This document shows, in pieces, positions 37,662 to 51,068 of a DNA stretch of 64,000 nucleotides. Source of the stretch: Octopus vulgaris (lineage: Eukaryota); assembly GCA_951406725.2 (NCBI GenBank), contig OX597815.1, positions 57,350,001-57,414,000 on the forward strand, read 5' to 3'. The position numbers and the translations under genes were made by a program. Each line of letters starts with the position of its first letter. Within the stretch, counting starts at the first letter, position 1. The notes beneath the pieces were generated by a model. It was not told where the DNA came from. It did not search any database and was given only the letters and a program-made list of their open reading frames with translations.

Positions 37662-38025
37662 ATTCTTTTATTTGTTTCAGTCATTTGACTGTGACCATGC
37701 TGGAGTACCGCCTTTAGTCAAGCAAATCGCCCCAGGACTTATTCTTTGTAAGCCTAGTACTTGTTCTATCGGTCTATTTTGCCGAACTGCTAAGTGACAG
37801 GGACATAAACACGCCAACATCGATTGTCAAGTGATGATGGGAGACAAAGACAGACACACAGACACACATATATATAACAAGCTTCTTTCAGTTTCCATCT
37901 ACCAAATCCACACACAAATCTTTGGTTGGCCCAAGAAGACTCTTGCCCAAGGTGCCATGCAGTGGGACTGAACCAGGAACCAGGTGGTTGGTAAGCAAGC
38001 TATTTACCACACAGCCACACCTGCA
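37662..38025 (-). mobile_element. SINE family 2, full copy
   Basis: Reverse complement of 54844-55263. Confidence 0.8.
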
Positions 38026-38311
38026 TCTATGTATTTATATATATATTATCATCATCATCATCATTTAGTGTCTGGTGTCCATGCTGGCATGGGTTGGATG
38101 GTTTGACCAAGGCTGGCAAGCTGGAAGGCTGCACCAGACTTCAGCCTGTTTTGGCATAGCTTCTACAGCTTTCTAATGCCAACCACTGGGAGTGTAATGG
38201 CTGCTTTTACATGCCACCAACATGGGTGCCATTTGTGTGATACTGGTATCTACCATGACTGCAGTTTTACTTGGCTTGCTGGGTCTTCTTCTCAAGCAAC
38301 TCAGTCTTACA

Positions 38312-38377
<66 letters not shown>

Positions 38378-38532
38378 TATATTTATACACACACACACAC
38401 TCACATGCGTTATCAGTTCTTCATCTAGAAGTCAGAAAACAAAACCAACCTTACATTAGTAATAGTTTTATGTATGTTTTTTTATATCTTTATGTATGTT
38501 CATATTTATATCTATATCTATTTTTTCTTTAG

Positions 38533-38748
38533 CTGGTTCTTCTGATTCATTGTCAACATTAGCTGCAAAAGACAGGCATAGCAGAAGTGCCCATATTCTG
38601 CAGTCTATCAACAATCTTGAAAACAAGCGGAATAAAAAGTTACAGAAATCACATATTATTGGGTATATCACAAACAAAACTTCAGATTTGGATTTGCGTA
38701 TTCGAGTGAGGCGAGTGAATTTCAGATGGCAGAGAGGCATTAAGATAG
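38533..38748 (+). CDS. MAP3K4: MAP3K4 coding exon leading into the kinase domain (...LENKRNKKLQKSHIIG...RVRRVNFRWQRGIKI)
   Basis: ttttctttAG and GTatgt; 216 nt, phase 1-1; resembles NIIGQV...LRKVTFKWQRGNKIG. Confidence 0.92.
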
Positions 38749-38784
38749 GTATGTTTCTGTTCTTTTCACTCTTATATACTATAT

Positions 38785-38843
<59 letters not shown>

Positions 38844-39345
38844 CATCATTACCCTGTTACTTCCATTCTTTTGATTTTTCACGCTAAGTCTAGAAAAAGA
38901 GCTGTGCCCCTGCTTTTGCAGTGATACAAGTTATGTTCTGCCTAATCTGTTCCATGTTGATAGTTGCTGGCAAGACATGAACAAGGAGATTCAAGAAGGC
39001 TTATTATCTGGAAAGGGAAAATTGAATGTTGTGGTGTGTGTGATCTGGTATTAGATACAAGGGTGATGATGAGAAGACAGGAAATGAATGGTTACAAGTG
39101 CATAAATGGAGGTGGGATAAAGCCAGCCACTTCCAAAAATAAATAATCTTTCTTTTGATGAGGTCAAAGATGTCTGTGTGAGCAGCATCAGCAGCATCCC
39201 ATAAGTGGGAACAATGCTCCATTGCGGAGCTCACCTAAGCTTTGTAGATTGTCAGATGTTGTTGAGGGATGAAGTATTTTCTGCCCTCAAGAGAATGGCC
39301 AGTCTTTGTTATTCGCCTTTGTGCTGAAATTGTGCTTTCACAGTT

Positions 39346-39394
<49 letters not shown>

Positions 39395-39395
<1 letters not shown>

Positions 39396-40060
39396 CAGAG
39401 AAGATAGTCTTTGTGTGTGGCAGATATGCAAGTGCAATAAACACTAAAAATGTACTGGAAATAGACTTCCACAAATGTCTTTAGTGGATATCCTTAGAAG
39501 TAATGGATAGTTTCCATTACCTAGACAACCAGATTAGAAGTGAAGGAAGTTGCTCTGAAAGCATAGTTGCTAGAAAAAGAAATGGCTGGGCAAAGTTCAA
39601 TAAGTTATTACTTTTGTTGGTGACAAAGGGCTTGTTCCTCGGAGTGACAGGCAGTTTGTATGATGTCTGTGTATGGATAGCTATGCTGCATGACAGTGAA
39701 ACATGGGCTGCCACTACCAAAGACATGTGAAGGCTTGAAAGAAGTGAAGCCAACTTACTTCATTGGATGTGCAATGTCAGTGTACATGTATTATAAAGTG
39801 TAAATGTGATGAGAGAAAAATAGGGTATAAAAAGCATCAGATGTAGTATGAAAGAGAGAGGACTGCACTGGTTATGTGATGCATATGGATGAAGACAGGT
39901 GCATAAAGAAGTCTGATCTCTAATGGTGGAGGGAAATTTTGGAAGGGGTAGACTCAGAAAGACATAGAATGAAGTGGTGAGAAATAATCCTCAGATGTTG
40001 AGCTTCACAGAGGAGATGACAAGAGACCAAGACAACTGGCGATTTGATGTACTTCAGAAG
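39395..40060 (+). mobile_element. Decayed RTE LINE fragment
   Basis: SFHYLDNQI...GWAKF...LHDSETWA. Confidence 0.75.
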
Positions 40061-40630
40061 GCACTTTAAGCTATATAAAACCGAGACCATGCACCCCTAC
40101 CCTTCCTGAAATACACAGTGTGCACCCAGTCAAAACTCATTCCACAACCCATCTTCCCAACACCCCCTCACTTATGCTCATCATGTGTTGCATGCTCCTC
40201 TACTCTCCCTCATGTTCCTACCCACACACAATTGTCATGCCTTCACATATCTCCCGTAGCCCCACCAACCACTCCATTTTCACCCACCATCATTTGCTGC
40301 AGTTATCTCTTCCCCATCTCTAAACATCTCCCCTCACACTCTTATGTAACATTCTCCTCTATCTCCTCTGTACCCTATGGGTATGTTCTGATACATCTCC
40401 ACCACCATCTATTTCACTCTTTCCTCTTATCACGTTTCCTGCTGGAGTATCCAAGTGTCTTCTCTATAGTAAGACACCTATCTCTATCCTTCTATTATAC
40501 TTCAACTGCTCAACTGGCATTCCAGCACAAAGCCACCACCATCAGCACCAGTCCCTCTCCAAGCCAAAGGGTCTTTGTCTGGTGATGTATATATATATAT
40601 ACAGGGTTTTCCAAAAAAATGTATACACGC

Positions 40631-41547
40631 ATCATCATCATCATCGTTTAGCGTCCGCTTTCCATGCTAGCATGGGTGGGATGGTTCAACTGGGGTCTGG
40701 GAAGCCAGAAGGCTGCACCAGGCCCAGTCTGATCTGGCGATGTTTCTACGGCTGGATGCCCTTCCTAACGCCAACCACTCCGTGAGTGTAGTGGGTGCTT
40801 TTTATGTGCCACCGGCACAGGTGCCAGACGAGGCTAGCAAATGGCCACGATCGGATGATGCTTTTTATGTGCCACCGGCACGGGGGCTAGGCAAGGCTGG
40901 CAACGGCCGCGATAGGATGGTGCTTTTTACATGCCACCGGCACAAGGCTAGTCATGGCGGCACTGGCAACGACCACGATCGGATGGTTCTCTTACGTACC
41001 ACCGGCACTGGTATCACAGCTACAATTTCCATTGATGTTGATCGATTTCGATTTTGATTTTCACTTGCCTCAACAGGTCTTCACGAGTAGGGTTTGTGTC
41101 ACAAGAAGGAAAGCTATGCATAAGTGGACTGGCTACATCCCAGGTAGGGGCCACGGGTTATGGTCTCACTTGTCCTGCCGGGTCTTCTCACGTACAGCAT
41201 ACTTCCATAGGTCTCGGTCTCTAATCATTTCCTTGGTGAGACCTAAAGTTCGAAGGTCATGCTTCACCACCTCGTCCCAGGTTTTCTTTGGTCTACCTCT
41301 TCCACAGGTTCCCACATCCGCCAGGGTGTGGCACTTTTTCACACAACTATATTCATCCATTCTCACCACATGACCATACCAGCGCAAACGTCTCTCTTGC
41401 ACACCACAACTGATGCTTCTTAGGTCCAACTTTTCTCTCGAGGTACTTACATTCTGTCGAGTATGAACACTGATATTACACATCCATCGGAGCATACTGG
41501 CTTCATTTCTTGCGAACTTACGCATATCCTCAGCAGTTACGGCCCAT
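40631..41547 (-). mobile_element. RTE LINE 3' end, 5'-truncated
   Basis: ORF 41166..41594 EASMLRWMC...ERRLRWYGHV; (CAT)n tail. Confidence 0.85.
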
Positions 41548-43358
41548 TGAATGATTATTAAATCAGTGTTTATTAAAATACATTTTATTTTCAAAATATG
41601 ATTAAATTGACAGAATTTAATTTTTTTATGAACCCTTTGTTTTCAAACAGATGACCTTTCTGATGTAAGCACTGCTGATACTGTGAAGCAATATAATTGC
41701 AAATATCAAGACATTTCATAATTGCAAAGTGAAATTCTTAACCAACTATTGTTGGAAAAACATAATAGGAAGTTAACGGACATTTTTTTGATTTTGAAAG
41801 ACATTAATTTCCATCATATATGAATGCTTCAACCCCATCCCATCATCCACCACATCATGTTTTATAGGGAATAAATATTTGAAGTTCTATTTAGAATTTT
41901 CATTGCACAGGTTTAGATTATAATAGAATCTAAAGTGATTCTGTATGTTTTTATGATTCTGTATGTTTTTATTTTAATGAAAGTAAAAACAGCATTTTGT
42001 TTTAAGTTTCAGTTCCAATATCATTTTTAAGCTTTCACTTTTTGTTTTGTACTTGTTCAAGTTCACTTAGCAAAAGTATTATCATTCCTGCTAGTATATA
42101 CATACATATTTGTGTGTGTGTGTGTGTAAATGTATAAACATACAAGCATATCATCCTCTTCATCATCATCATATTTTGCATAAACTTTCCATACTGTCAC
42201 TCTACTCCATGTTAATTCACATTCAGCGTTATTGCGTTTCTCATTGTGTTGGAAGACCACATCTTATTCCGGTTTCATTTCTGGCTTTGTTTCTGTATCT
42301 GAGTACCCTTCCTAACACTGACCACTACACAGTGTATAGGATTCGTTTTATCATAGCACCAGCACTGAAAGTTTGTCTTGTCCTCAAAAAGACTAAAGAA
42401 TCCTTTTGACCCCACACATTATAGATTGTATTGAATTCATTTTGTTGTTGCATCAGCATTATTAAGGTTGTCATGTTCTCAACAATATTTGAGGGCCTCT
42501 CAACCACACAATTACACTCACTCATTAATCACCTTACACAGTGTCCTAAATGGAGTTTACAATAAATGGAGTTACTAGCATGAGTGACATTGTCTTGTAC
42601 TTCATAAGATTAGTGAGTCCTCAGTTGAAGAACTGAAGAGAACAGAAGATCCAGAATGGGTGGAAAAGGGAAGTAAGAATGTAATGTTGGAAACAAATGA
42701 TGAGAATGAGAGATTAGTAGTAAAGATGGTAAGATGGTAGTGAATATTAAGAGTTTGGTTAAGAATGAATGATAGATGTCAGTATATTAAGGGAGGTATG
42801 GATAAAGGTATGTGCAACACAGGGGAAAGTGATAGTAGCATAAGCTATAGTGTCAAGAGTGATTGTGGTATGTGTGACAAATAAGTGATAAAAGGACATA
42901 AGATAAGAGATGAATGAAGAGAGATAGGATGTATGATAGTTGCAAGAGTAAAAAAGAGATGAATGTGAGAGGGATATCTGACAGAGGTATGAATAGTGCA
43001 GGTGTTAGAGAAATGGAAGGCTAACAACAAAAAGGCAAAAAATGTATACTTGATAGTATACATGCATACATATACACATGCATATATTCATGTACACACA
43101 TATAATGCATACTCACACATGCATATTCATTATATCTTCTCACCTCATCACTAACAATTTTAACATCCATTTTGCCATGCCTGTGTATTTCCATATCTGT
43201 TATGAAATTCTGGTGTTAGATTGACAAGTAGACCTTTAGAAAGTACTCAGCAAATGAATTAATCTATTTCTCAATGATTCTGGTTGAGTTTACAATATCA
43301 TATTGTTAAACATTGTTCCATATTAGCTTATGATGTCATATTTTTATTCATTTCTTAG

Positions 43359-43429
43359 GAGAAGGTACTTTTGGCAAGGTATACACTGCTGTAAATGTGG
43401 ACACTGGAGAGTTAATGGCAATGAAAGAG
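43359..43429 (+). CDS. MAP3K4: MAP3K4 kinase exon, subdomains I-II (GEGTFGKVYTAVNVDTGELMAMKE)
   Basis: Gly-rich loop and catalytic Lys; tttcttAG and GTtagt; phase 1 to 0. Confidence 0.95.
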
Positions 43430-43721
43430 GTTAGTATCAATATAAAAGCTAATTTTTGCTTGTGATTATTGAATTTACATTTTAAACTATGGATATTATA
43501 TAAGCACCTTGTTTGAACTTCATGACTGTGGTTTGCCTTCTATCAAATCCTTGTGATCAGACTTGTATAAATAGAAATTTTGTGGAAGGTTTATGGTGGA
43601 AAAATGATAAAATCAGTGTATCAAACAAAAATGTGTCCTTCACTCTAGTTGATTTTGCTTTTCTTTATGATGAAGTTGATAGATAATATAATTAGCTAAA
43701 ACCCTTGAAGACATTACTCTA

Positions 43722-45644
43722 TCATCATCATCATCATCATCATCGTTTAACGTCCGCTTTCCATGCTAGCATGGGTTGGACGGTTCAACTGGGGTCTGGG
43801 GAGTCCGAAGGCTGCACCAGGCCAGTCAGATCTGGCAGTGTTTCTACAGCTGGATGCCCTTCCTAACGCCAACCACTCCGAGAGTGTAGTGGGTGATTTT
43901 ATGTGCCACCGACACAGGTGCCAGACGAGGCTGACAGACAGCCATGCTCGGATGGTGTTTTTTATGTGCCACCGACACAGGTGCCAGACGAGGCTGGCGA
44001 ACGGCCACGCTTGGATGGTGTTTTTTTATGTGCCACCAACACAGGTGCCAGACGAGGCTGGCGAACGGCCACAATCGGATGGTGTTTGTTACGTGCCCAC
44101 AGCACGGAGGCCAGTCGATGCGGTACTGGCTACGGCCACGTTCGGATGGCTTTCTTATGTGCCACCGGCACTGGTACCACAAAGATACAAATTCCATTGA
44201 TGTTCATCTATTTTGATTTGGTTTGATTTTCACTTGCCTCAACAAGTCTTCACAGGTGTCACAAGAAGGAAGGTATGCACAGGTGGACTGACTACGTCCC
44301 AGGTAGGGGCCACGGGTTATGGCCTCACTAGTCTTGCCGGGTCTTCTCACGCACAGCATACTTCCATAGGTCTCGGTCTCTAGTCATTTCCTTGGTGAGA
44401 CCTAAAGTTTGAAGGTCGTGCTTCACCACTTCGTCCCAGGTTTTCCTGGGTCTACCTCTTCCACAGGTTCCCTCAACTGCTAGGGTGTAGCACTTTTGCA
44501 CACAACTATCTTCAGCCATTCTCATCACATGACCATACCAGCGCAGCCGTCTCTCTTGCACACCACAACTGATGCTTCTTAGGTTCAACTTTTCTCTCAA
44601 GGTACTTACACTCTGTCGATTATGAACACTGACATTACACATCCATCGGAGCATACTGGCTTCATTTCTTGCAAGCTTACGCATATCCTCAGCAGTCACG
44701 GCCCATGTTTCACTACCATGTAGCATGGCTGTACGTACACATGCATCATACAGTCTGCCTTTTACTCTGAGCGAGAGGCCTTTTGTCACCAGCAGGGGTA
44801 AGAGCTCTCTAAACTTTGCCCAAGCTATTCTTACTCTAGCCGTTACACTTGGTCACCTAGGTAGCAGAAGCTATCAACTACTTCTAGTTTGTCTCCCTGG
44901 AACGTGGTAGAAGTTGGTCTCTGCACATTTCCAGTGTTTATTGCTCCTGAGCATCTGCCACAGGCAAAAACTATTTTCCTAGTTAGCCTTCCTTTGACAT
45001 TGCTGCACTTCTTATGTGTCCATAGCTTACACTTGGTGCACCTTATAGAGTTTCTACCTACACCTTTTTTACAGATCGAGCAGGGCCATCTACCTGAAGT
45101 CGTTTGTGATTGGTCCACCTTCCTACTTATTAGGACTTTGGTTTTGGCTAGCTTGATTCTAAGGCCCTTCGATTCTAATCCTTGTTTCCACACCTGAAAC
45201 TTCTCCTCCAGGTCTAATAGTGACTCAGCAATTAGAGCAAGGTCATCAGCATAGAGGAGCTCCCAGGGGCATCCTGTCTTGAATTCCTCCGTTATTGCCT
45301 GGAGGACTATGATAAATAGGAGGGGACTGAGGACTGAACCTTGGTGGACCCCAACCTCTACCCGGAATTCTTCACTGTATTCGTTGCCAACCCTCACCTT
45401 ACTAGCAGCGTCTCTGTACATGGCTCGCACAGCTCTCACTAACCATTCATCTATCCCTAGTTTCCTCATTGACCACCAGATAAGGGATCGGGGGACCCTG
45501 TCAAAGGCTTTCTCCATGTCAACAAAAGCCAGGTACAGGGGCTTATCTTTGGCTAGGTATTTCTCCTGCAGCTGTCTTACCAGGAATATAGCATCAGTAG
45601 TACTTTTCCCTGGCATGAACCCAAACTGCATCTCATCTAAGCTA
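43722..45644 (-). mobile_element. Young 5'-truncated RTE LINE
   Basis: ORFs 44843..45631 (AFVDMEKAFDRV, GVHQGSVLSPLLF, LYADD) and 44328..44789; (CAT)n tail; ~60-bp tandem units in the 3' UTR. Confidence 0.9.
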
Positions 45645-46720
45645 AGTATACTAATAACTAATAACTAAAACCATTAAGTGTGCCAACTCTGAGGGCGTGA
45701 GCTAGCAAGACCCAGGGATGAGGGACAGCATTTTGCATCTGAAAAGAAAGCTCGCATGTGTGTTTGGCAGACATTGTAAACATACAAATAGGCCTCAATC
45801 TGCTTACACTTCCAGATAAGAATATAAAAGAAAAAGATAATTTCCTTTAATTATGGTTTATTTAACATAATTAAAAGCTATATTACACAGATGTGGAAGA
45901 CTGACTTATTAGACTGGTGACCTACTATTAAAAAGAAAAAGATAAGGGTTCATATCTCATCACCAGTACTGTACCCTTGTCAAAGATGACTTTCAGTGAC
46001 CTTTGCTAAATAACCTGCTCAGGAGTAAATAATTTAATGCTGATCAGTACTGACTCAATGGGCTTGTTTATTTATGTAAACAGTTGCTACTAATTTGAAA
46101 GTTTAGCTTTTGTTATAATCTTAAATGTTCTTTTAGTGTGTTCCATTTTGTTTCACTTTATAGCACTCATTATAATGATTATCATTATTCATTTAGTTAC
46201 CTATTTAGCCACAAAGTTTCAGTTATTCTATGTTGTATGTTATAGTAAAGTTAAGAAATCCAATTGTTCAATTCTGTTTACACTTGCTCTAAGCCTCAAA
46301 ACTTCCATCTCTTCATTTGTTTGTTTGTTTCTTCTATTGTAGCCTTAATTCTCGAAAATTTCACCTCTCTCTCTCTGTTTTGTTACCCACTATATTTTCA
46401 CTTGTCTATACTATGTCTAACCTTGCTTTCCCATTTTGATTGTTAATTAGCAGCTCTCGATCTGTTAGTGGACATGTTACATTGCCTTTAGCTAGGGAAT
46501 AGGGCACCCATAGTGTTTTATTGTTTGCAGGACACCATCCCAACCCACCTCTGCCACCTGTACCAGAAGTCTTTTTCCTCTAACCTTTACTAGATGTCTT
46601 TCTCCTAGCACCTCTAATGGTTTCCTATACAGAATGCTCTCCTCCTTTCCTTCCCTTCTATCCCTATCTAGTGTCTATTCCCAGTAAACATAGTGATTGT
46701 GAAGCGAATAAAATGATGGT

Positions 46721-49700
46721 GAAGTGTAAGCAGATTGAGGCCTATTTGTATGTTTACAATGTCTGCCAAACACACATGCAAGCTTTCTTTTCAGATGCAA
46801 AATGCTGTCCCTCATCCCTGGGTCTTGCTAGCTCACACCCTCAGAGTTGGCACACTTAATGTTGGCTCATTGAAATGTAGGTCTGGTGAGATTGTTGAGA
46901 TGCTTGAACAGAAGCATGTAGATTTGTGTTGCATCCAAGAGATAAGGTGGAGTAGAGGTTCTCCTAGGTTCCTCAGAAGCAAAGAACATAAGTATAAGAT
47001 TTTCTGGGTAAGGAATAGTGATGGGGTTGGGAGCATGGGTATACTCCTTGCTGTGAAATGGGTTGATAAGATAATTGAGGTAGTCAGAATCTGTGATAGC
47101 ATACTTAAGCTTAGACTACTTCTGCAACATGGAATAGCAACCATTAGCTTGGCTTATGCCCCTCAACCAGGTCTACCTGTTGAAGAAAAAGACCAATTTT
47201 TTGACACCTTTGATGAATGATAGGGACCTTCACTTTGTGGCTGGCAACTTCAATGAGCATGTTGGACAATATCCAGGGAGCTTCCATAGTGTGCATGGTG
47301 GCAATGGATTTGGTTCCTACAATGAGGAGGGAACCAGGTTGCTGGAGTTTTGTGAAGCAAATGATCTTATGATCTGTAAAACTAACTTCAGGAAACCTGC
47401 CACTCATCTACCACTCCAGTGGCCACACTTATCAAATTGACTACATTCTTGCCAGGAAACAAGAAAGATGGCTTCTTATAAATGCCAAAACTTTCCCTGG
47501 TGAAGAATGCATCCCACAACATAGGTTAGTTGTTAGCGATATCAGGATGGTTACCAGAAGATGACCAGTATGGAAAAGAAGGGTCTGGAAGCTTAAAGAT
47601 CCTCTGAATGGACAGAGATTTAGAGACATATTACTTGAAGCTTTTGATGAAAAGAGGAGGATATAGTATCACTATGTGATACTATATGTGGACAACCTGT
47701 TGAGGGCTACTAACTAGATCTGTGGTTGGTGCAAAGTCCCCTCTTGACCTAAGGTGACATAGTGGTGGGACAATGTAGGTGACAGGACCATGAGGGAAAA
47801 GAAACAGGCCTAGAAAGAATGGAAGTGTAGTGGTAGCAGGGAACTGTATCAGATAGCCAGAAGGAAAGCTAGGAGACTAGTTTACTTAGCCAGAAGGGAA
47901 GCAGAAAAGAATAGATTTGCCAATGTTCTGTGTCATGAGGACCAGAGACTTGAAGTGTTTCAAATTGCAAAACAGTGCAAGTGAAAATTGCCATGTCATA
48001 GGAGAGAAATGTGTCCTCATGGATGTTGGCCCACTTGCATTTAATGATGCTGCAAAGAATGAGACTTGGAGACACCACTAAGAAAGGTTGCTAAATGGAG
48101 AGAATGAATGGGAGAAAGGGAGTCTACCAAATGTTGACCCAACTGAGGCACTAGCTATCTGAATTGACAGTACCTTGGTAGATAAAGCAATTAAGGATAT
48201 GAAGATAAAGAAAGCAGTCATACCCAATGACTGGTGTAGCAGCACTGTAGTCAGCTGCTACAAAGGTAAATGTGACACCTAAGATAGAAATAATTACAGA
48301 GGTATCAAATTGTTGAATCAGGTGATGAAAGTCGTAGCCCAACTAATTAGACAGAGAGATAGTTTAGATGAAATGCAGATGAGGTTTTTGCCAAGGCGAA
48401 GCATCACTGATGCTATATTTCTGATAAGGCAGTGGCAAGAGAAATACCTAGCCAAAGATAAACCTCTGTACCTGGCTTTTGTTGACATGGAGAAAGCCTT
48501 TGACAGGGTCCCCAGATCCCTTCACTGGTGATCAATGTGGAAATGAGTAGTTGGTGAGAGCTGTACAGGGATGCTGTCAGTCAGGTGAGGGTTGGCAATG
48601 AGTATAGCAAAGAATTCAGGGCTTCACCAAGGATCAGTCCACAGGCCCCTCTTGTTCATCATAGTCCTCCAGGCAATAACAGAGGAATTCAAGACAGCCT
48701 GCCTCTGGGAACTCCTCTATGTTGATGACCTTGCTCTAATAGCTGAATTACTACCAGAACTAGAGAAGTTTCAGGTGTGGAAGTAAGGTCTAGAATTGAA
48801 GGGCCTTAGAGTTAATCTTGCGAAAACCAAAGTCATAGTAAGTAGGAAGGTAGACAAATCACAAATCCCTTCATGTAGATGGCCCTGCTCGATCTGTAGA
48901 AAAGGCATAAGTAGAAACTCCATAAGATGTACCTGGTGTAAGCTTTGGACACATAAAAGGTACAGCAATATCAGAGGAAGGTTAACAGGGAAGATAGTTC
49001 TTGTGTGTGGAAGGTGCACAGGTACAATAAACACCAAAAATGTACAGAAAATAGATTCCATCACATGCCGGAGATGGGGGACTAGAAGTAGTCGATAGCT
49101 TCCATTACCTTGGTGACCAAGTCATTAGTGAGGGTGGATGCTCTGAGAGTATAGCTGCTAGAATAAAAATAGGCTGGGCAAAGTTCAGAGAGTTCCTACC
49201 TCTGCTGGCAACAAAGAGCCTCTCGCTGAGAGTGAAAAGTAGACTACATGTTGCCTCTGTGCAAACAGTCAAGGAAATATGTGCTGTGACTGCTGAGGTT
49301 ATGTGTAGCCTTGTAAGAAATGAAGCTAGCATGTTTTGCTGGATGTGTAATGTCGGTGTGCATGCATGACAGAGTATAAGCATCCTTGGAGAAAAGTTGG
49401 ACATAAAAAGCATCAGATGTGGTGTACAAGAGAGACGACTGTGCTGGTATGGTCATGTGATGCGTATGGATGAGGACAGCTGTGTGAAGAAGTGTCACAC
49501 TCTAATAGTGGAGGGAGCCTATGGAAGAGGTAGACCCAGAAAGACATAGGATGAGGTGGTGAAGTATGATCTTTGAATGTTGGGCCTCACAGAGGCAATG
49601 GCAAGTGACCGAGACCTTTGGAGATATGCCCTGCTTGAGAAGACCCGTCAGACCAAGTGAGATCATAGTCATGGCCAATGTCAGTGTCACGTAACTGGCC

Positions 49701-50140
49701 CATTAAAAGCACCCTTCAATTGTTGGGCGATATGCTGTCCTTGTGAAGACCTGGCGAAGCAAGTGAAATCATAGTTATGGCCAGTGCCATCTGACTGGCA
49801 CCCATGTTGGTGACATATAAAGCACTGTTCAAGTGTTGGACCTCATGGAGGCAGTGACAGGTGACCAAGACCTTTGGCAATATACCATGCTTGTATTGAC
49901 CTGTCAAGCCAAATGAGACCATAGTCATGGCTGATGCCAGTGTCAGGTCAATGGCACCTGTACTGGTGGCACGTAAAAAACACCTACTATACTCAGAGTG
50001 GTTGGTGTTAGGAAGGGCATCCAGCCATAGACACCTTATCAAATCAGATCAGAACCTGGTGCAGCTCTCCAGCTTACCAGTTTTTAGTCGAACTGTCCAA
50101 CCCATGACAGCATGAAAAGTGGACGTTAAATGATGATGAA
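46721..50140 (+). mobile_element. Near full-length decayed RTE LINE
   Basis: APE motifs (GTLNVGSL, CIQEIRW, AYAPQ, GNFN), RT remnants, C-terminus, 3' UTR and ggacgttaaatgatgatga tail; many stops. Confidence 0.88.
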
Positions 50141-50945
50141 TGCTAATGATTGTTAGTGTAATGCTAGTTGCATATGGTATTTGCTGAAACATTAAGCATA
50201 CAGCACATTGGTTGAAGCAAGATTTGAACTAGTGACCACATGCTCAATATCTCAAAATTTCTATATTCGTTTTGTCACTGTTTAGATATAGTAGATATTA
50301 TTTTGTTGTAGTTAAAAGGAAATACTGATTATAATTATAAACAAACCTCTTATAAGAATTGCACTGAATCTATAAATAATGAAACTACTGACTAAATACA
50401 TATAAATTTACTGTATTAAATTGTATAAAATATCTTATTTTGTGCGATGAGTGTTGTAGTTGAGCAGTTTTCTTTGCTCCACATGATTCTGAATTTAATC
50501 CCACTATATAGCATCATAGGCAAAGCCTTCTTCTGTAACCTCAGATTGACCCAGGTGTTGTGAATGAAATTGGGTTGACAGATACTTTCAGACAGAAGCC
50601 CATCTGATAAATAATATTTTGGGGGCAGCAGACTTAATCTATTGTCTAGCTTAATACTAACAGCTGTCTTGGGTGTTTTTAGTGAAGTCTACCTTATTGA
50701 AAGCATTCAGATCAGATTTGAGCATAACTTGATATCTTGACATACTGGTTCTTACTGCTGAAGCTCAGGAGTTATGATTTCTTTTAACCCTCTTCCATAT
50801 CACCATTTAGCTTTGCAAAAGCAACAGGTGCTGCTCTTTTTTACTTCTGACAAAGTCATAAAAAATATATTAAACCATTAAAGATATGTAAGTCTACACT
50901 GATTAAAATTTGCCTATTAATTTTTATTTCATTACTTTTTGCCAG

Positions 50946-51068
50946 ATGAAGCTAAAACCAACAAATAAAATGAGAAATCCTTTGAAAGAACTTGTTGAGG
51001 AAATGAACAACCTAGAAGGAATTAGTCATCCAAACCTAGTCAAATATTATGGTGCAGAGGTTCAAAAG
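50946..51068 (+). CDS. MAP3K4: MAP3K4 kinase exon (MKLKPTNKMRNPLKELVEEMNNLEGISHPNLVKYYGAEVQK)
   Basis: ttttgccAG and GTacac; 123 nt, phase 0-0; HPNLVKYYG motif. Confidence 0.95.

Noticed and set aside
41651-41722. Good acceptor (tttcaaacAG) between the 38533 and 43359 exons
   Set aside because: It would interrupt the contiguous KI-G-EGTFG kinase motif and reaches an in-frame stop.
43897-44175. ~60-bp repeats with semi-variable interiors, superficially CRISPR-like (also ~40798-41010 and ~35520-35670)
   Set aside because: They are tandem units within the RTE 3' UTR; the spacers are homologous to each other, there are no cas genes, and the context is eukaryotic.
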